A stretch of 64,000 bases of DNA from Lepidodermella squamata (taxonomy: Eukaryota > Animalia > Gastrotricha): NCBI GenBank assembly GCA_047495785.1, contig JBLDXI010000032.1:1178001-1242000 (forward strand). The letters are read 5' to 3'. Position 1 is the stretch's first letter, and each line of letters starts with the position of its first letter. The notes below the pieces were generated by a model. That model saw nothing but the letters and a program-made list of their open reading frames with translations, did no database searches and was not told the DNA's origin. This document shows, piece by piece, positions 32,985-45,300 of this stretch. Position numbers and translations under genes: made by a program.

Positions 32985-33118
32985 TGTTTCGAAACAAAAG
33001 GTGATCAAGTGAAGTGAACAGAAATTATAATAAACAAAGACAAACTAAAAAATAGCAGAAAATTGTTTGAACCAAAATGTATTTCGAGCAGGAAGAAAAA
33101 TAGCAGTAATAAAAGATT

Positions 33119-35989
33119 TCAGCCGGTAACTTTAGAAGCAGATCGCAGTGTATTTCCGCCAGCTGTCATTTGACTAGGCGTTCTTATCAATTGAGCAACT
33201 GTTTTTAGCAATATTGCCGGCGCAGCGTCTTGCCCGCCGCTGTTGCTAACAACCAACCACCGCATACCACTTTCATCAATCGCCTCAACGCCGACTCGAA
33301 TTACGAAAATATCGTTAAATTCTGGCTGGAACGAAAATTCAGTCGTGAAAAAGTCATTCACAACATTTTCAGTTGTTTCAAGAATTTTTATCGTTGTTTC
33401 GGCTGATTTCAGCGAGAAAGTCGCCTTAATTCGAACACTTTTGACAGCGTGGCGGAGAGGAATTCGGTTAGAATTAGTCTTCTGCTCAATAACACCTTCA
33501 ACTTTAAGGATGAAAGCAGTGTCTTGCAGTAGAATCAACGGTTCACCGGCCAAATGAGGCTGAGGGCTCAGTGAAAGTTTGACTACAGTCTGCTGACTAG
33601 CCGAGAAGAACATCGGGGGTAATTTCGCGAAAACCTTACAAGCATCGACAGAAAGACGACCAAACGCCTCCCACAACGGCTTCAGGCCTGTAGTCAGCGA
33701 CTGGATATTCGAAATTATATCACCGAGAGATTTTAAGGTAGACGGCAAAGTCGAAGATTTCTCTCTCAACAGAGGATGCTGACTCACGTCCATTAATCTA
33801 GCCAAAGAAGCGGGTGATGCGAGCAGGCCGTCACTTGCCAGTAATGAAATAACGACTTGAACGGCGAGAAGCGCAGAATGGGATTGGTCCAACTCTTGCA
33901 GCGTTAAATCATCAGCGTCGATTAGGACAGAGCGTAATTTCGCAATATCTTCCGCAACTCGAGAGAATTCTGCAGCAGTTTCTTTGAACATAACTCGCAT
34001 GTATCGATCGTTATTGTTCAGTTTCGGGATCAGTAAATTAAGGCGGCATAATTTCGCATTGAAATTGTTCGCCGCGCTCAGCACGTTGCAGGACGTTCGA
34101 ATCCATGTTGAACGAAAATGAGTTACTAACTGATGGCTATGATTGCGATGATGTGATTCGTGAATAAACAATCCTCGGCAAATAAAATCAATATTGACAA
34201 ATTTCGATTGAATCGATGACAATGCGTCGCAACATACAGATGCTTTTGATAGTGAAAAGTCGAGGGAAAGCAAATTAGTTTGAGCTTCAGTTATCTTGAG
34301 CAGTAATTCCATGAACGAGCTCGAAAGTAGACTCAACGACTCCTTGCAGTTAGTCAAAAGAAACGTCAAAACCTGGGATGCGAAATTTAATCGCTGGCAC
34401 CGGATGCCGAAAATTGCAACGAGATATAGCTGCCAGGGAGAAATCAAAGCATCGTGAGCCGAATTCAACAGAATTGAAGTCAGCTGAGCTTCACTTTCAC
34501 TTGATTGAGCACTGCAGCACAGCGAAAATTTCAGCACTTGCTTGATAAACGGTGGCGGTAAAGCGATCAATGTCTCTCGAGTTAGATAATCGGAAATTGC
34601 GAAATTGATAATAGATGAGCTGACATTTGGCATTGAATCGTTCAACTTTGAAAGGATTGCCGAGGCTAGTTTGTGCTGATCGGTTTTCAAACAGCATTCC
34701 ACCAGTTGTGGTAGTACCATTTGACTGAATTCTGCGACGTCAATCAAAGCTTTAGCACATGCCAAGTCAATAGCTTTCAGCAATTTCGCTATTAAGAATC
34801 TGTGAGTCTGATAGCATCGGTATTCGACGATTTTCGTAATGCAAAACAGGAAATTCATCATCAAATCCAGACGTAGAGTAGGAGACCTTATGGTATCGCT
34901 GACCGATATAGTCGAAAAAATTAGCAACAGTGAGCCATAAATCGACAGAAACGATCCGTTCCTCAAAGACGACAAGGCCAATTCTCTTATCTGAGGAGGC
35001 AAAGAATGGCCATTCGTATTTAGCTCGAGCATATTCAAAAAAATGTGAAAACACCCTGCCTTGATTCCACCAACGGAGCTTTTCGAAGCGAGAGAACAAA
35101 CAGTTTCTAGCACTTCATCTTTCCACAGGTGAGAGTGAGAAGTTAGAGATAGAAGGCACTTCAAAACGACAACTTGCTCTTTCGTGTCAGAAAATACGTT
35201 CAGTGCCCGTGAGAACACGTCGGAAGCTTCGCAAACGTAAACAAAATTGGAAGTCGCAATGCCGCCTAGTGAGCGTAGTAGCAACAGCGATGAATCTCGA
35301 TCAACCGAAACCTGGATCGAACTAGTCACCATTGATGTTACTTTTTCAAACAGAGCACTGTCATATTCTAAGCCAACCAGACACTTGGCAAGCTTTTCTC
35401 TGGTGGCAAAGTCAGTGTTCACTGAGGAAAACTTGGCAGCTAATTTTTCGAATACATCATGAGAAAATTGCAGTGACGACTTAGAGTATTTAGTAGCGGC
35501 ATAAAGAGCCGAGTCGAGCTCTTCGTCGGCTTTCGAATCCAGGGAATTTAGGATTTTGTGGCGGACAATGTCAGCTTTCGATGGAGGAATCACATTACTC
35601 ATATTTCCCAGGAGCCGAAGGGTGATCGCTCGAGCTATGTCATCTGTGTTATAAGCCACTTGAAAAATCTTGTCGAAGAGCATGTTGATTCCCGAAAGCT
35701 TGCTCAAATGACGATGTGATTGTTCGAACACCTTCATTATCTGCAGGCGAATAAAATCATTAGTTTGATCAGCAACGTACAACTCAGCAAGCCGCCCAAA
35801 TAAGGCATTGACAAAAGTTGGAAATGGATACTTATCCAGCAGTGAACTGCATTTGGCGACAGCTTCGGCTTGAATAGGAGTGGAGCTGGAAAATTGTTGA
35901 CCCAATTCATAGATCAATGTCGCTCCACTTTGCTGCAGCTCAGAGACAGAAGAAGACTGCGAAGATGAGGGTGTAAGCAACTGTAACAT
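33119..35989 (-). CDS. INTS7: Integrator complex subunit 7, intronless coding region (956 aa)
   Basis: N-terminal QAEAV...KYPFP.FVN..F.RLA...NDFIRLQI..V..QS..HL.K and D.IARAITLR.LG; C-terminal P..FF...QQT.VKL.LSP.P...EP......LKVEGVI. Confidence 0.88.
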   Translation of the reverse strand: MLQLLTPSSSQSSSVSELQQSGATLIYELGQQFSSSTPIQAEAVAKCSSLLDKYPFPTFVNALFGRLAELYVADQTNDFIRLQIMKVFEQSHRHLSKLSGINMLFDKIFQVAYNTDDIARAITLRLLGNMSNVIPPSKADIVRHKILNSLDSKADEELDSALYAATKYSKSSLQFSHDVFEKLAAKFSSVNTDFATREKLAKCLVGLEYDSALFEKVTSMVTSSIQVSVDRDSSLLLLRSLGGIATSNFVYVCEASDVFSRALNVFSDTKEQVVVLKCLLSLTSHSHLWKDEVLETVCSLASKSSVGGIKAGCFHIFLNMLELNTNGHSLPPQIRELALSSLRNGSFLSIYGSLLLIFSTISVSDTIRSPTLRLDLMMNFLFCITKIVEYRCYQTHRFLIAKLLKAIDLACAKALIDVAEFSQMVLPQLVECCLKTDQHKLASAILSKLNDSMPNVSSSIINFAISDYLTRETLIALPPPFIKQVLKFSLCCSAQSSESEAQLTSILLNSAHDALISPWQLYLVAIFGIRCQRLNFASQVLTFLLTNCKESLSLLSSSFMELLLKITEAQTNLLSLDFSLSKASVCCDALSSIQSKFVNIDFICRGLFIHESHHRNHSHQLVTHFRSTWIRTSCNVLSAANNFNAKLCRLNLLIPKLNNNDRYMRVMFKETAAEFSRVAEDIAKLRSVLIDADDLTLQELDQSHSALLAVQVVISLLASDGLLASPASLARLMDVSQHPLLREKSSTLPSTLKSLGDIISNIQSLTTGLKPLWEAFGRLSVDACKVFAKLPPMFFSASQQTVVKLSLSPQPHLAGEPLILLQDTAFILKVEGVIEQKTNSNRIPLRHAVKSVRIKATFSLKSAETTIKILETTENVVNDFFTTEFSFQPEFNDIFVIRVGVEAIDESGMRWLVVSNSGGQDAAPAILLKTVAQLIRTPSQMTAGGNTLRSASKVTG

Positions 35990-37072
35990 TACTATAGATA
36001 AATATTATTCCAAATTATGCATCAAAACTACACTACTTCCATAAATTCGATACACTGAGCATCAGCTATAGATATGATTCCGATGATAAAACGTTTTAGC
36101 ATTTAGCAATTTGCTGATGGCCTCTCGTCTAATGTAACTCGAAGTTCGAAGCAAAAAGCGCATAATGAATATTCGGTGATGAGTAGTAGTTAACATAAAA
36201 TTGTGACCCCCAAGTTCGGACTATTTTGCTTTTGACGCCATATCCCAGGACATTTCCAGTCTCTTTCTCGCTGTCTTCGCCACTCAATCACACACATACA
36301 CAATACATGGCAAGTTGGCAGCTAATGGCGCAAAATATATACAATACAAAGTTTGTTCAATAAGCAGATTGAAGAAGGTGAATGCAAAAAGCGCTGACGG
36401 CATCTCTCAAGTCTTCGGCATGGAATGATTGTTAACATGAAAAAACGTAAAAAATGTGACCCCTAAACTCGGACTATTTTAGCGCCCAGTTTTCTCGTTC
36501 TAGTTTTCTCCGCACTCTGCAATTTGAAATCGCAAAAGTTGATACCTGTTGACGTAAAATACAACTACAAAACCAACCTCATAACGCAAATCGAACGAAA
36601 AAAAATGATGCAAAGATGCGGATTTGAGAGACAAGCGAGGATGACGATAAGCGACCGAAGACCGGATATCCGCCTGGTCCCTTTTCTATCCAGACTCAAT
36701 GACACCCCTCATTCTCAAAGAAAAATTAGAATTACAGATAGTCAACCAATAGACAAAAGCTACCAATTTGTAGCGTTTTTGAACTCTCTGAATATTTTTA
36801 TAAAATAATTTGTTCAAAAACTATTGAACTTTTGGCGGGTACATCACTTCTTGCCTGAGAATCCGGCCTAAAGAGTTCAGGAATGTTCTTCTGTGAAAGT
36901 TGAACCAGGTGTGAAAAGATCTAATTCGAATGCAATCTGATTGAAATTAACATGATGCCTTGATGCATTGACTCGATTCTATCTCACGATTTTTTGACCA
37001 GTTCCTTGATTGTCTCTACGTCAAATTGATCGCGGTGTATTTTGTCGCTTCGATTTAGGCTTTTTCATCTTG

Positions 37073-38316
37073 ATGTTGGAGCTTTCTGTCATATCTCTTG
37101 ACCGAGACGATGCTCCTATTCCATTTGCAGACTTGATACCGGCTATACCGGCTGCTGTTCAGTATGCAGTAACAGGCGTTTTCACGGCACTCTATTCAAT
37201 CGTTTTCCTTGCTTGCTATGTTCAACTTTGGTTGCTACTCTGCCTTAATTATAGTCGTCGATGGCATCCGTTCGGCCTTCTGTGGTTAGCTTTGGGCTGG
37301 GCTGGCCTTCGCATTGTACTGTTTTCGTTTTACTGGCCTTTCTTTGGCTCTTCTTCAGCTGATAATGCACAGCCTTCAATCGGCAAAGAAACTGATTCGT
37401 CAATATTATCTCCGATATTGGCTTACTTTTTGTACGCCTTTCCGACCTGCATTCAATTTTTCATGCTGTGCCTGGTGGCTTCGTTTGCTGTCGGTATTTC
37501 ATCCAGAAATTTTGAAAATCCCACCAGGACTGTGAAACAGCTGCGCGGAATGTTAATTGCGATGTGCCTTGTCTTTCTTAGTGCCAGTGTCGTTGCTGTC
37601 GCAGTCCAGAGCAGTGTATACAAAAATGCCGATAGCAAAAGCTACCTTTGGCTTACAGCCACGCGCGTTTTAATTCAAGACACCCTGTTCCTTGCTGTTT
37701 CGATTTTCCTCGTTATCATCCTGCGGCGGGTCGCTTCTCTTCCTCATGTTTCCTTGATTTTAGAATCGCTCAACACTGGACGTTGTGGACTATTGTTCAC
37801 GGGCTCTTTTCTGGTCATAACATTTGCAACTCGTGCCTTGTATGATATTGTCGCGCTATTTCTTCGACTCAAGTCCGTGCCAACCTTTGACTTTGGTAAG
37901 CTTTATATTAAAAATACCGTTATCATTTACCTCGATACATTTTTACAGGCTGGATAGATCTTTCAGATCATGCCGACATAGACAAGTTAATGGGACCAAA
38001 TGCAGCCTATGCCGTTTTCGCTGCAGTGCTATGCATCTGGGATTTGCTACCCACGTCCGTTGTGCTCTTCCTATTCCGCCTTAGGCGGCCACAATTTATT
38101 CGTGCGCCCGGTCCGTCAAACGTTGCTCCTCCGTTTTGGGGTGACGATTTCGGTGACACCAATCATGACAATTGGAACTTCCGAATCAACGACAGTCCTG
38201 AGGATAACGAAGCATTACTATCGGCCAACGACGATCTCCCACCTTCATCCCCTGCTTTTACCGCTCCGGCGGGCGAGTCTTATCGTTCTGTTAAATTCGG
38301 CGTCGGTTCCGAATAG
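37073..38316 (+). CDS. GPR137: GPR137/TM7SF1-family lysosomal 7TM protein; intron 37896-37948
   Basis: LIPAIP..VQ..VT.VFT.LY..VFL..YVQLWLLL, W..LRI.LFSFY, LY.FP.C.QFFMLCL, RA.Y, WDLLPTS.VL..FR. Confidence 0.85.
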
Positions 38317-38637
38317 TAATCTGATGTGAAATTTCACCGCTTCGTCCGCCATAATTTCTATGTAAGCGTAGTTGAAGAGACACCTGCTTTCAATGTTACT
38401 CCATCGGTCATCATTTTGAATGATATTAGTATACGATTTGATGTCTACAGTATGATTGAGTTGTTGATTTTTTCGAATATTTATACCGAACTAGTGATGT
38501 CTGCCGCTGTATTCGTCATGAAACGTTTTTCGCCAAGCTTGCTTTTATATTGAAGAGTTTTGAAAGAAAGTCAATTTTATAATTCGCAATTTTTTCGTTT
38601 TGTAGGTTTACAAACAAAGAATGAATAGTACTTGAAA

Positions 38638-41600
38638 ATGAGCAAATTTCAGCTATGGGGCTTCGGTGCTAATCACGCCGGCCAGTTGGGAATCGATGTG
38701 AAAACGTCCGCGATCGATTCTACCCCAACACCGGCGGCGGTTAGCCTTCCGAATGATTTGATACCGAAAAAAGTTGCTTGCGGTAAAGTCTTTTCGGTTT
38801 CATTAAGCGAGAACAGCCCAACGTTGATGCTTTGTGGAATGCAAGATAGCGATCATAAAGGCCAGCTGTTCGGTAAGCTTCATCAGCTATATTTTATAAT
38901 TAAATAGCTGGAGCCTTCTTAATTTAGAGCGACTAAGACTACCGCCTGTTTTGGAATCAGCTGGGCCAATTTCAGACTTGGCAGTTGGCGAAGGTTATGC
39001 CGTAATTTTGTCAAATCGAGGTGAACTTTTCCAATGCGGACGACTTGAACCAAACTCAACTGGGTCAGCTGAAGACCGAGACGTGTTTTTCTGCGTTAGA
39101 CCGGTTGAAATTCTTCTCTGCCATCGTATTATATGCGTTTCAGTCGGAGCTGGCCACGTCTTAGCATCCTCAGCGACCGGAATGTGCTTCGCGTGGGGCA
39201 ACAACGATAAAGGCCAACTCGGGCTAGGATCTACTTCAGGTTTCGTCTCCCAGCCGCAAGAAATAAAATCACTGAGTGGCGTTCCGGTGAAACAAGTTGT
39301 AGCCGGTGGTAAACACAGCTTTGTTCTAACCGTATCTGGTGCCTTATTCGCTTTTGGTGACAATTCATCCGGTCAACTCGGCCTTGGCGATGAAGTTGAC
39401 CGCGAATACCCGACTCTGAACAAATTTCTACGTTCGCAATATGTCATGTTCATGGCGGCCGGTGACGCCCACAGCGCCGCATTAACAGCAGACGGCGGAA
39501 TTTTCACATTTGGCCTTGGAAAATTCGGTCAATTAGGGCATAATTCGACTAGTAACGAAAACATCCCGAGAAAAATTATCGAACTGATGGGCTCTTATGT
39601 AATCCAAATTGCATGTGGAAGAAATCATACGTTAGCTTTAGTTCGAGCCCCTGCACCCCGGTTATACGCGTTTGGTCACGGTACTTTCGGTCAACTTGGC
39701 GCGTCGAGTGAAAGCTACGCCAATGCCGCTGTCCCAGTGCTGTCTCGAGCTGTAATGGACGTGTTTGAAAAATCGTCCCCGAAACAGCGAATTCGGAGCA
39801 TTTTCGCCGGTGGTGATTCGTGTTTTATCGTAACTGAAACTGTGAATGGTGTGACGGAGGTTACGATACCGGACTTCACGCTCAGTACGACCTTGCCCTC
39901 AATTTATCATCTCGATTCTCAGATAATGAAGCCGCTGCTCAACGCCGAAGCGAGCGACCTAGAAATGGTGATGAACGCCATTTTCCGAAGCGCTTCTTGC
40001 TTGAATGCTTCTTTCCTACTGCCAAATCGCGATCACTTTCGCTGCTCATCGACTAATAGCGGTGTTTCAATTGCAGACGCGAGGCGGGGATGGCACGAAA
40101 TTTTGACTTCAGACAAAACTTGCCGATCGAAAAAAGCGAGCGGGGAGCTTCAGTCATTGGCAGATTTCGTTCTCAACCTAATTTCAGACAATTTACTGCC
40201 GTCACTACCGAGAAATCCGCCAGATGTTGAAGCTCTCCGGCTGTATTTGGTTCTACCAAGCAGTGCTAGGTTTGACAATCCAGAATATTTCGCAACACTC
40301 CAATGTCCTTTTGCCGCGGCTGTTAATGCACTCGAACGGCCGGCTGAACGCGTTTTGTGTAAATGGATCGCAAAAATCGGGCGCGACGATTTCCTTCGCA
40401 TGGTCATGGCCTACAAACGATGCTGCCTTCATATCATGGGCATTCTGTCCTCAGCGAAAAGTGCCCCACTTCTCAACCCGATCGCCGCCCATCAAAGCGG
40501 GGCTGAATTTGACCCAGAATGTCGGACAAATGTGAAACGGCTATCTCAGGCGCTCGACATGTTGAAACGGCTTAATTCAATCAACGAAGACCAGAGAAGT
40601 GGAAATGAGCGGTTAGATTGCGAGACTTTTTATATTCCGGAAATTAAAGACCACGCCAATGTTCGGGAGGCGTATATTGCCTGGTGGCATACAAAACGAA
40701 CCCCGCATCACGAGACACTCTTCAACCTGTGCAACTATCCGTTCATTTTCGACGCGCCAGCTAAGGCGATTCTGCTTGAAACTGATGCGAAATTGCAGAT
40801 GCATTACGCGATGGAAAGTGCGCGTAATCGAGCTGTTGTCAATCTGTTCTTGCCTTTCGCAGACCCTGAAACACCGTTTTTAATCGTCGAAGTTCACCGC
40901 AATAACATCGTTCATGACACGATTTACCAACTAGGCCGCGTTTCTCGTCAAACTGACTATAAAAAGCCGCTGAAAGTGTCATTTGTAGGCGAGGAAGGCG
41001 ACGATGCGGGCGGTGTGAAGAAGGAATTTTTCCTCCTGTTGTTCCGGGAAGTCTTCGACCCGAAATACGGCATGTTCCGAAGTGATGAAACATCGCGTTT
41101 AAATTGGTTCAACGACATTTTGGAGGACGATGAAAGCATCAATATGTACCAATTTATCGGGCTAATCTGCGGTCTTGCGATTTACAACTCAATTATCGTC
41201 GATATAGCTTTCCCCACTGCTTTGTTCAAGAAATTACTAAAAAGGCCGTGTACCCTGGAAGATTTGAAAGAATTTTCACCGACTGTCGGCCGATCACTCG
41301 AACAACTGCTTGAATACGAGGGGAATGTCGAGGAAGCATTTTCGTTGAATTTTGAAGTCACACGAACTCGTTTTGATGCGACTGAAAGTGTGGAATTAGT
41401 GTCTGGCGGCAAGTCGAAAGCGGTTACTAACGAAAATCGAGCCGAGTATGTTGAGGCCTATGTCGATTACGTGTTCAACAAATCGGTGCAGCGGCAATTC
41501 ACCGCATTTTTCCGCGGTTTCGACCTTGTTTGCAGTGGCCACGTGTTCAGCCTGTTCCACCCGAGTGAACTTCAGGCGATGGTCATCGGTAACGAAAACT

Positions 41601-42032
41601 ACGATTGGGTGTCGTTTGAAAAGGGTGCCGAGTACAAGGGCGAGTATCACGCGAAACATCCGACGATTCAAATATTCTGGGAGGTGTTTCATGACCTCGA
41701 TTTGGAGGATAAAAAGAAGTTTCTGCTGTTTCTAACCGGTTCAGATCGAATTCCTATTCTTGGTATGCAAGCTGTAAAAATCATCATTCAGCCCGTTAAG
41801 GTGGAAGAGTCCTTTCTCCCCGTTGCTCACACATGTTTCGGATTGTAAGTAATTTTTTGCTTTATTTTATAATGAAAATTTTAACTAGTTTTTCAAGAAT
41901 TATTAAGCTGGATTTTTCATGAATTTCTTTGTTATTTTTAGGCTGGATTTGCCGATGTACAAGGACAAGGAAAATTTGAAGAAAAAACTCTTAGCTGCAA
42001 TTCAGCATACTCAGGGCTTTGGAATAGCATAG
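38638..42032 (+). CDS. Small HERC E3 ubiquitin ligase (HERC3/4-like); introns 38873-38927 and 41845-41941
   Basis: RCC1 repeats (WG.N..GQLG, IACGRNHTL); HECT domain KKPLKV.F.GEEG.DAGGVKKEFF...FLLFLTGSDRIP...LPVAHTCF.LLDLP. Confidence 0.95.
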
Positions 42033-42333
42033 TTGCTCGTCGTCCTGTTTTGGCCGTGTAAGAAAACACAAAAATATAACCCATGTTTTTCCACATGCTT
42101 TTCGTGATATAAGAATATATATTTACCCGAGGAAAACCGTCAAGCCCGGTTCGCATACTATATATTTCATAGCAAAGTTTATCCATCCGGCTGTGATTTT
42201 CCACGATTGATGCGATTGAATTTTGTTGTTATAAAAACAAACTCGAATATTGGCTTCTTAAATTGAAATAAAACTCGAGTTAAATTACGATCGTACTTTT
42301 TTAGATTTATATTTGAATTTTATTCGTGTTGTA

Positions 42334-45300
42334 ATGGCTACTCAAAACGGAAATGGGGTGAATAATCACAGTGAAGATGAAAGCGAGGCTAATGTTCCGA
42401 TTTCCTCGGCGTTGGATGCAGTTTTTGTGAAAAGCGGTCAGCTGCCGATGGCGGAACCTGTTGAAGTAGGCGGGCCTAATTTTAACGACGAGTCACTTTC
42501 GAATACTAAGGCGTTCAATTTTGAAAAATTTATGGTCGGCCTGAAAAACACGGGTTTTCAAGCTAATGCCCTTGCCGAGGCTGTTGCCGAAGTGAATCGT
42601 ATGATTAGCAAGAAAATGCAGCCGGCTGATCCGCCTTTTGAGGAGGAACTTCTTACAGCTAGCGATGCGGATGAGTACAAAGTGAGTCCGGTGCCGTCGA
42701 ATTGTACGATTTTCCTATCGTACACGTCTAACCTCGTATCGTCTGGCCTGCGAGAAGTCATTCGTTATCTCGTACAGCACGCTATGGTTGACTGTATCAT
42801 AACGACAGCGGGTGGGGTCGAAGAAGACATTATCAAATGTTTGGCACCGACTTATCTCGGCTCTTTCTCGCTCAATGGAGCTGAATTGCGTCGCAAAGGT
42901 AGGGTAATTTTTTGTCTCACGGCAATGAATAACTCTTAAGTTAGCTATGATACGCTAAATCTGTCATAAGTTATGTCTGTTCTATGAAAAGCTTTATCTT
43001 TGACTTATCAGGATTTTTCGTATGAGTCCAAAAATTATTCATTTCCAGCCCTTTTTACTATTTTTAGTTACCTACAATTTGAAAAGAGATTGAACTAGCA
43101 AAACCAAAAGAATTGATGAAAAATTAAAAACATGGAAAAAAGTAAAATATCTGTGTATGTTAGCTTGAGTTGATTATAAGCTACATTGAACTTGCTAGCA
43201 AAAGCGAAATTGTGCAAAAGAACTGGGAAATTTCCGAAATAGGAAATGATCACAAATAATTATGAGCAATAGCGATATTCAATGTTGTTCAGCTTGATAT
43301 GTTTGGTCCTTTTTACCAGAGGACTTATGAAATCGCTATGAAATGCATTGAAACCGCATAAAATGAGGTTAAACTGAGGTTAAAATGGGCGCTAAGATTT
43401 AAATTCATCCTTCCTAATCGCTGAACATTTATATTCATAATTCGCTGTAACAAATTAACCACACTGAAATACCTAAAATAAAAAACAGTTAAAAAATGCA
43501 ATATATGCCAAAACTGTTTTAAAGGTCTCTGCTTTGTTACATGTGTTACTTGATTGTTTTATGCCAAACGACAATCGGGCTGTAACTGTAACATGAAAAT
43601 GTCTGTTGATTATAATATTTCTCATTTTCGCATACATAACGGACTTCGCGAAGCAAGGTTAAGGTGTAACGCGATATCGCTGCCGGCCAGACAGTGCGGT
43701 TAATTATCTCACGTGTTTTGACGGAGTGAGGCGACTTGGCACCGCATAGCGATGCTATTTCTATAGTAGATGTGCCAGATTAGCCATACAGAATTTCATT
43801 CCAGAAATTTGTCTTTAGCTGCGACAATTACAGGAAATCTAATGCGAACGTTAACTCGGACAATTATTAATTTCGATGTAACCATGGACAGCTAATTAGA
43901 CACCACATGATAAAAATCAATTCGCAGTTGATGAGCTCCTGCAACTGCCAAACTTCACAATTCATGAAAAATCGCTACTCGATTTAATTCACCATGTTTC
44001 GTTTCGTGGTAATGCTGATGAGTTTGCCGTTGCCACTATCTGCTGGCCAGCAAAATTACTCGGAGCAAGTACCAATGGTTACCCCTATGCCAAGTTATAT
44101 TCGCTCCGATACATGGCAAGAGCTCGATAATGCTACATATGAAATCAATCGGCCGAAAATTCTTCGAATGCTGATGTCGATTAGCTACACGGGTAACACT
44201 CCATTAGGACCCACCTCTGTTATCGCGCTAAGAACCGCGATCCAGAAGCTGAAAGGCCTGCCTAACTGGCTGTCAGGCTATGACATTCAGTTCGACTTGA
44301 TCGACGATCGAAGTGACGACACAGCTGCCATCATCGAGACTGCTCGAAAGTTGCGTTACTACGCCGAAGTCGAAAACGAGGATGTTCTACCATTAGCTGG
44401 AATTATGGAGTTTGCCGCTGAGAGCCAGATGAAGCTGGTCAATCTCATGAAGGGTTTCAACATGATGGGAAGGAATATTTATCTGTACCCTAAAATTGCT
44501 GCCGATAAGAAGCGCTATCCTAACTATCTGCCATTCGGCGAGTCCCAAGACTACTTTGTCCCGGCTGGACTAGAATTTGCTCGTAAATTGGGCTGGAGAC
44601 GCGTTGCAGTCGTTTCAGACTCAAATTCGTACAGTGTTATGGTAAGCATGACATTTTGATACTCACAAGGTGACTATTTCGATGTCTTTCCAGCTTGACT
44701 CAGTTTTTCTCAAGGAGGCTGATATGAACCAAATGCAGATTGTGTACCTGGGGAGATTCCTGGAAGGCACGGAGGATGCTTATGAGTTGGATTCACTGTA
44801 CAGTGAGCTCAAAAGAAGAGAGCCGCGTATAATCTACCAGAATGTCGCCAGGGCTGCTGTAGCTAATGCATGCTACCTACACAAGTATGGCCTGTACGGT
44901 GCTGGAATCGTTATTCTGACATTCTCGTGGGCTATATACGATGAAAGCAGTCCGATTCCTGATTTTGTTGCATCATGGTGCACAAGAAAAATGGTGCTAG
45001 AAGTTCTGCACGGGTCGATTTTCTTCGCCGATGGTCCACTTGCAGACGTTCTCGGCCCGGATGCGAAGGACTCGATGGGCTACACCAAAGATGCGTTTTT
45101 GAATGACATAAAAACAAGCGTTGATGACATAACTATGGCTCCAGCTTATGAGTACTTCACCCCTGTGTACTACGATTGCGCTGTAATCACGGGCTTCATT
45201 TTGAATAGTACAGAGGCGTTCCTTCAAAGGGAGAACTCGACCCTATCAGAATGGACCATGGATTCGCCTAATTACAAAAGAAACCCTCAAAAAATCCTCG

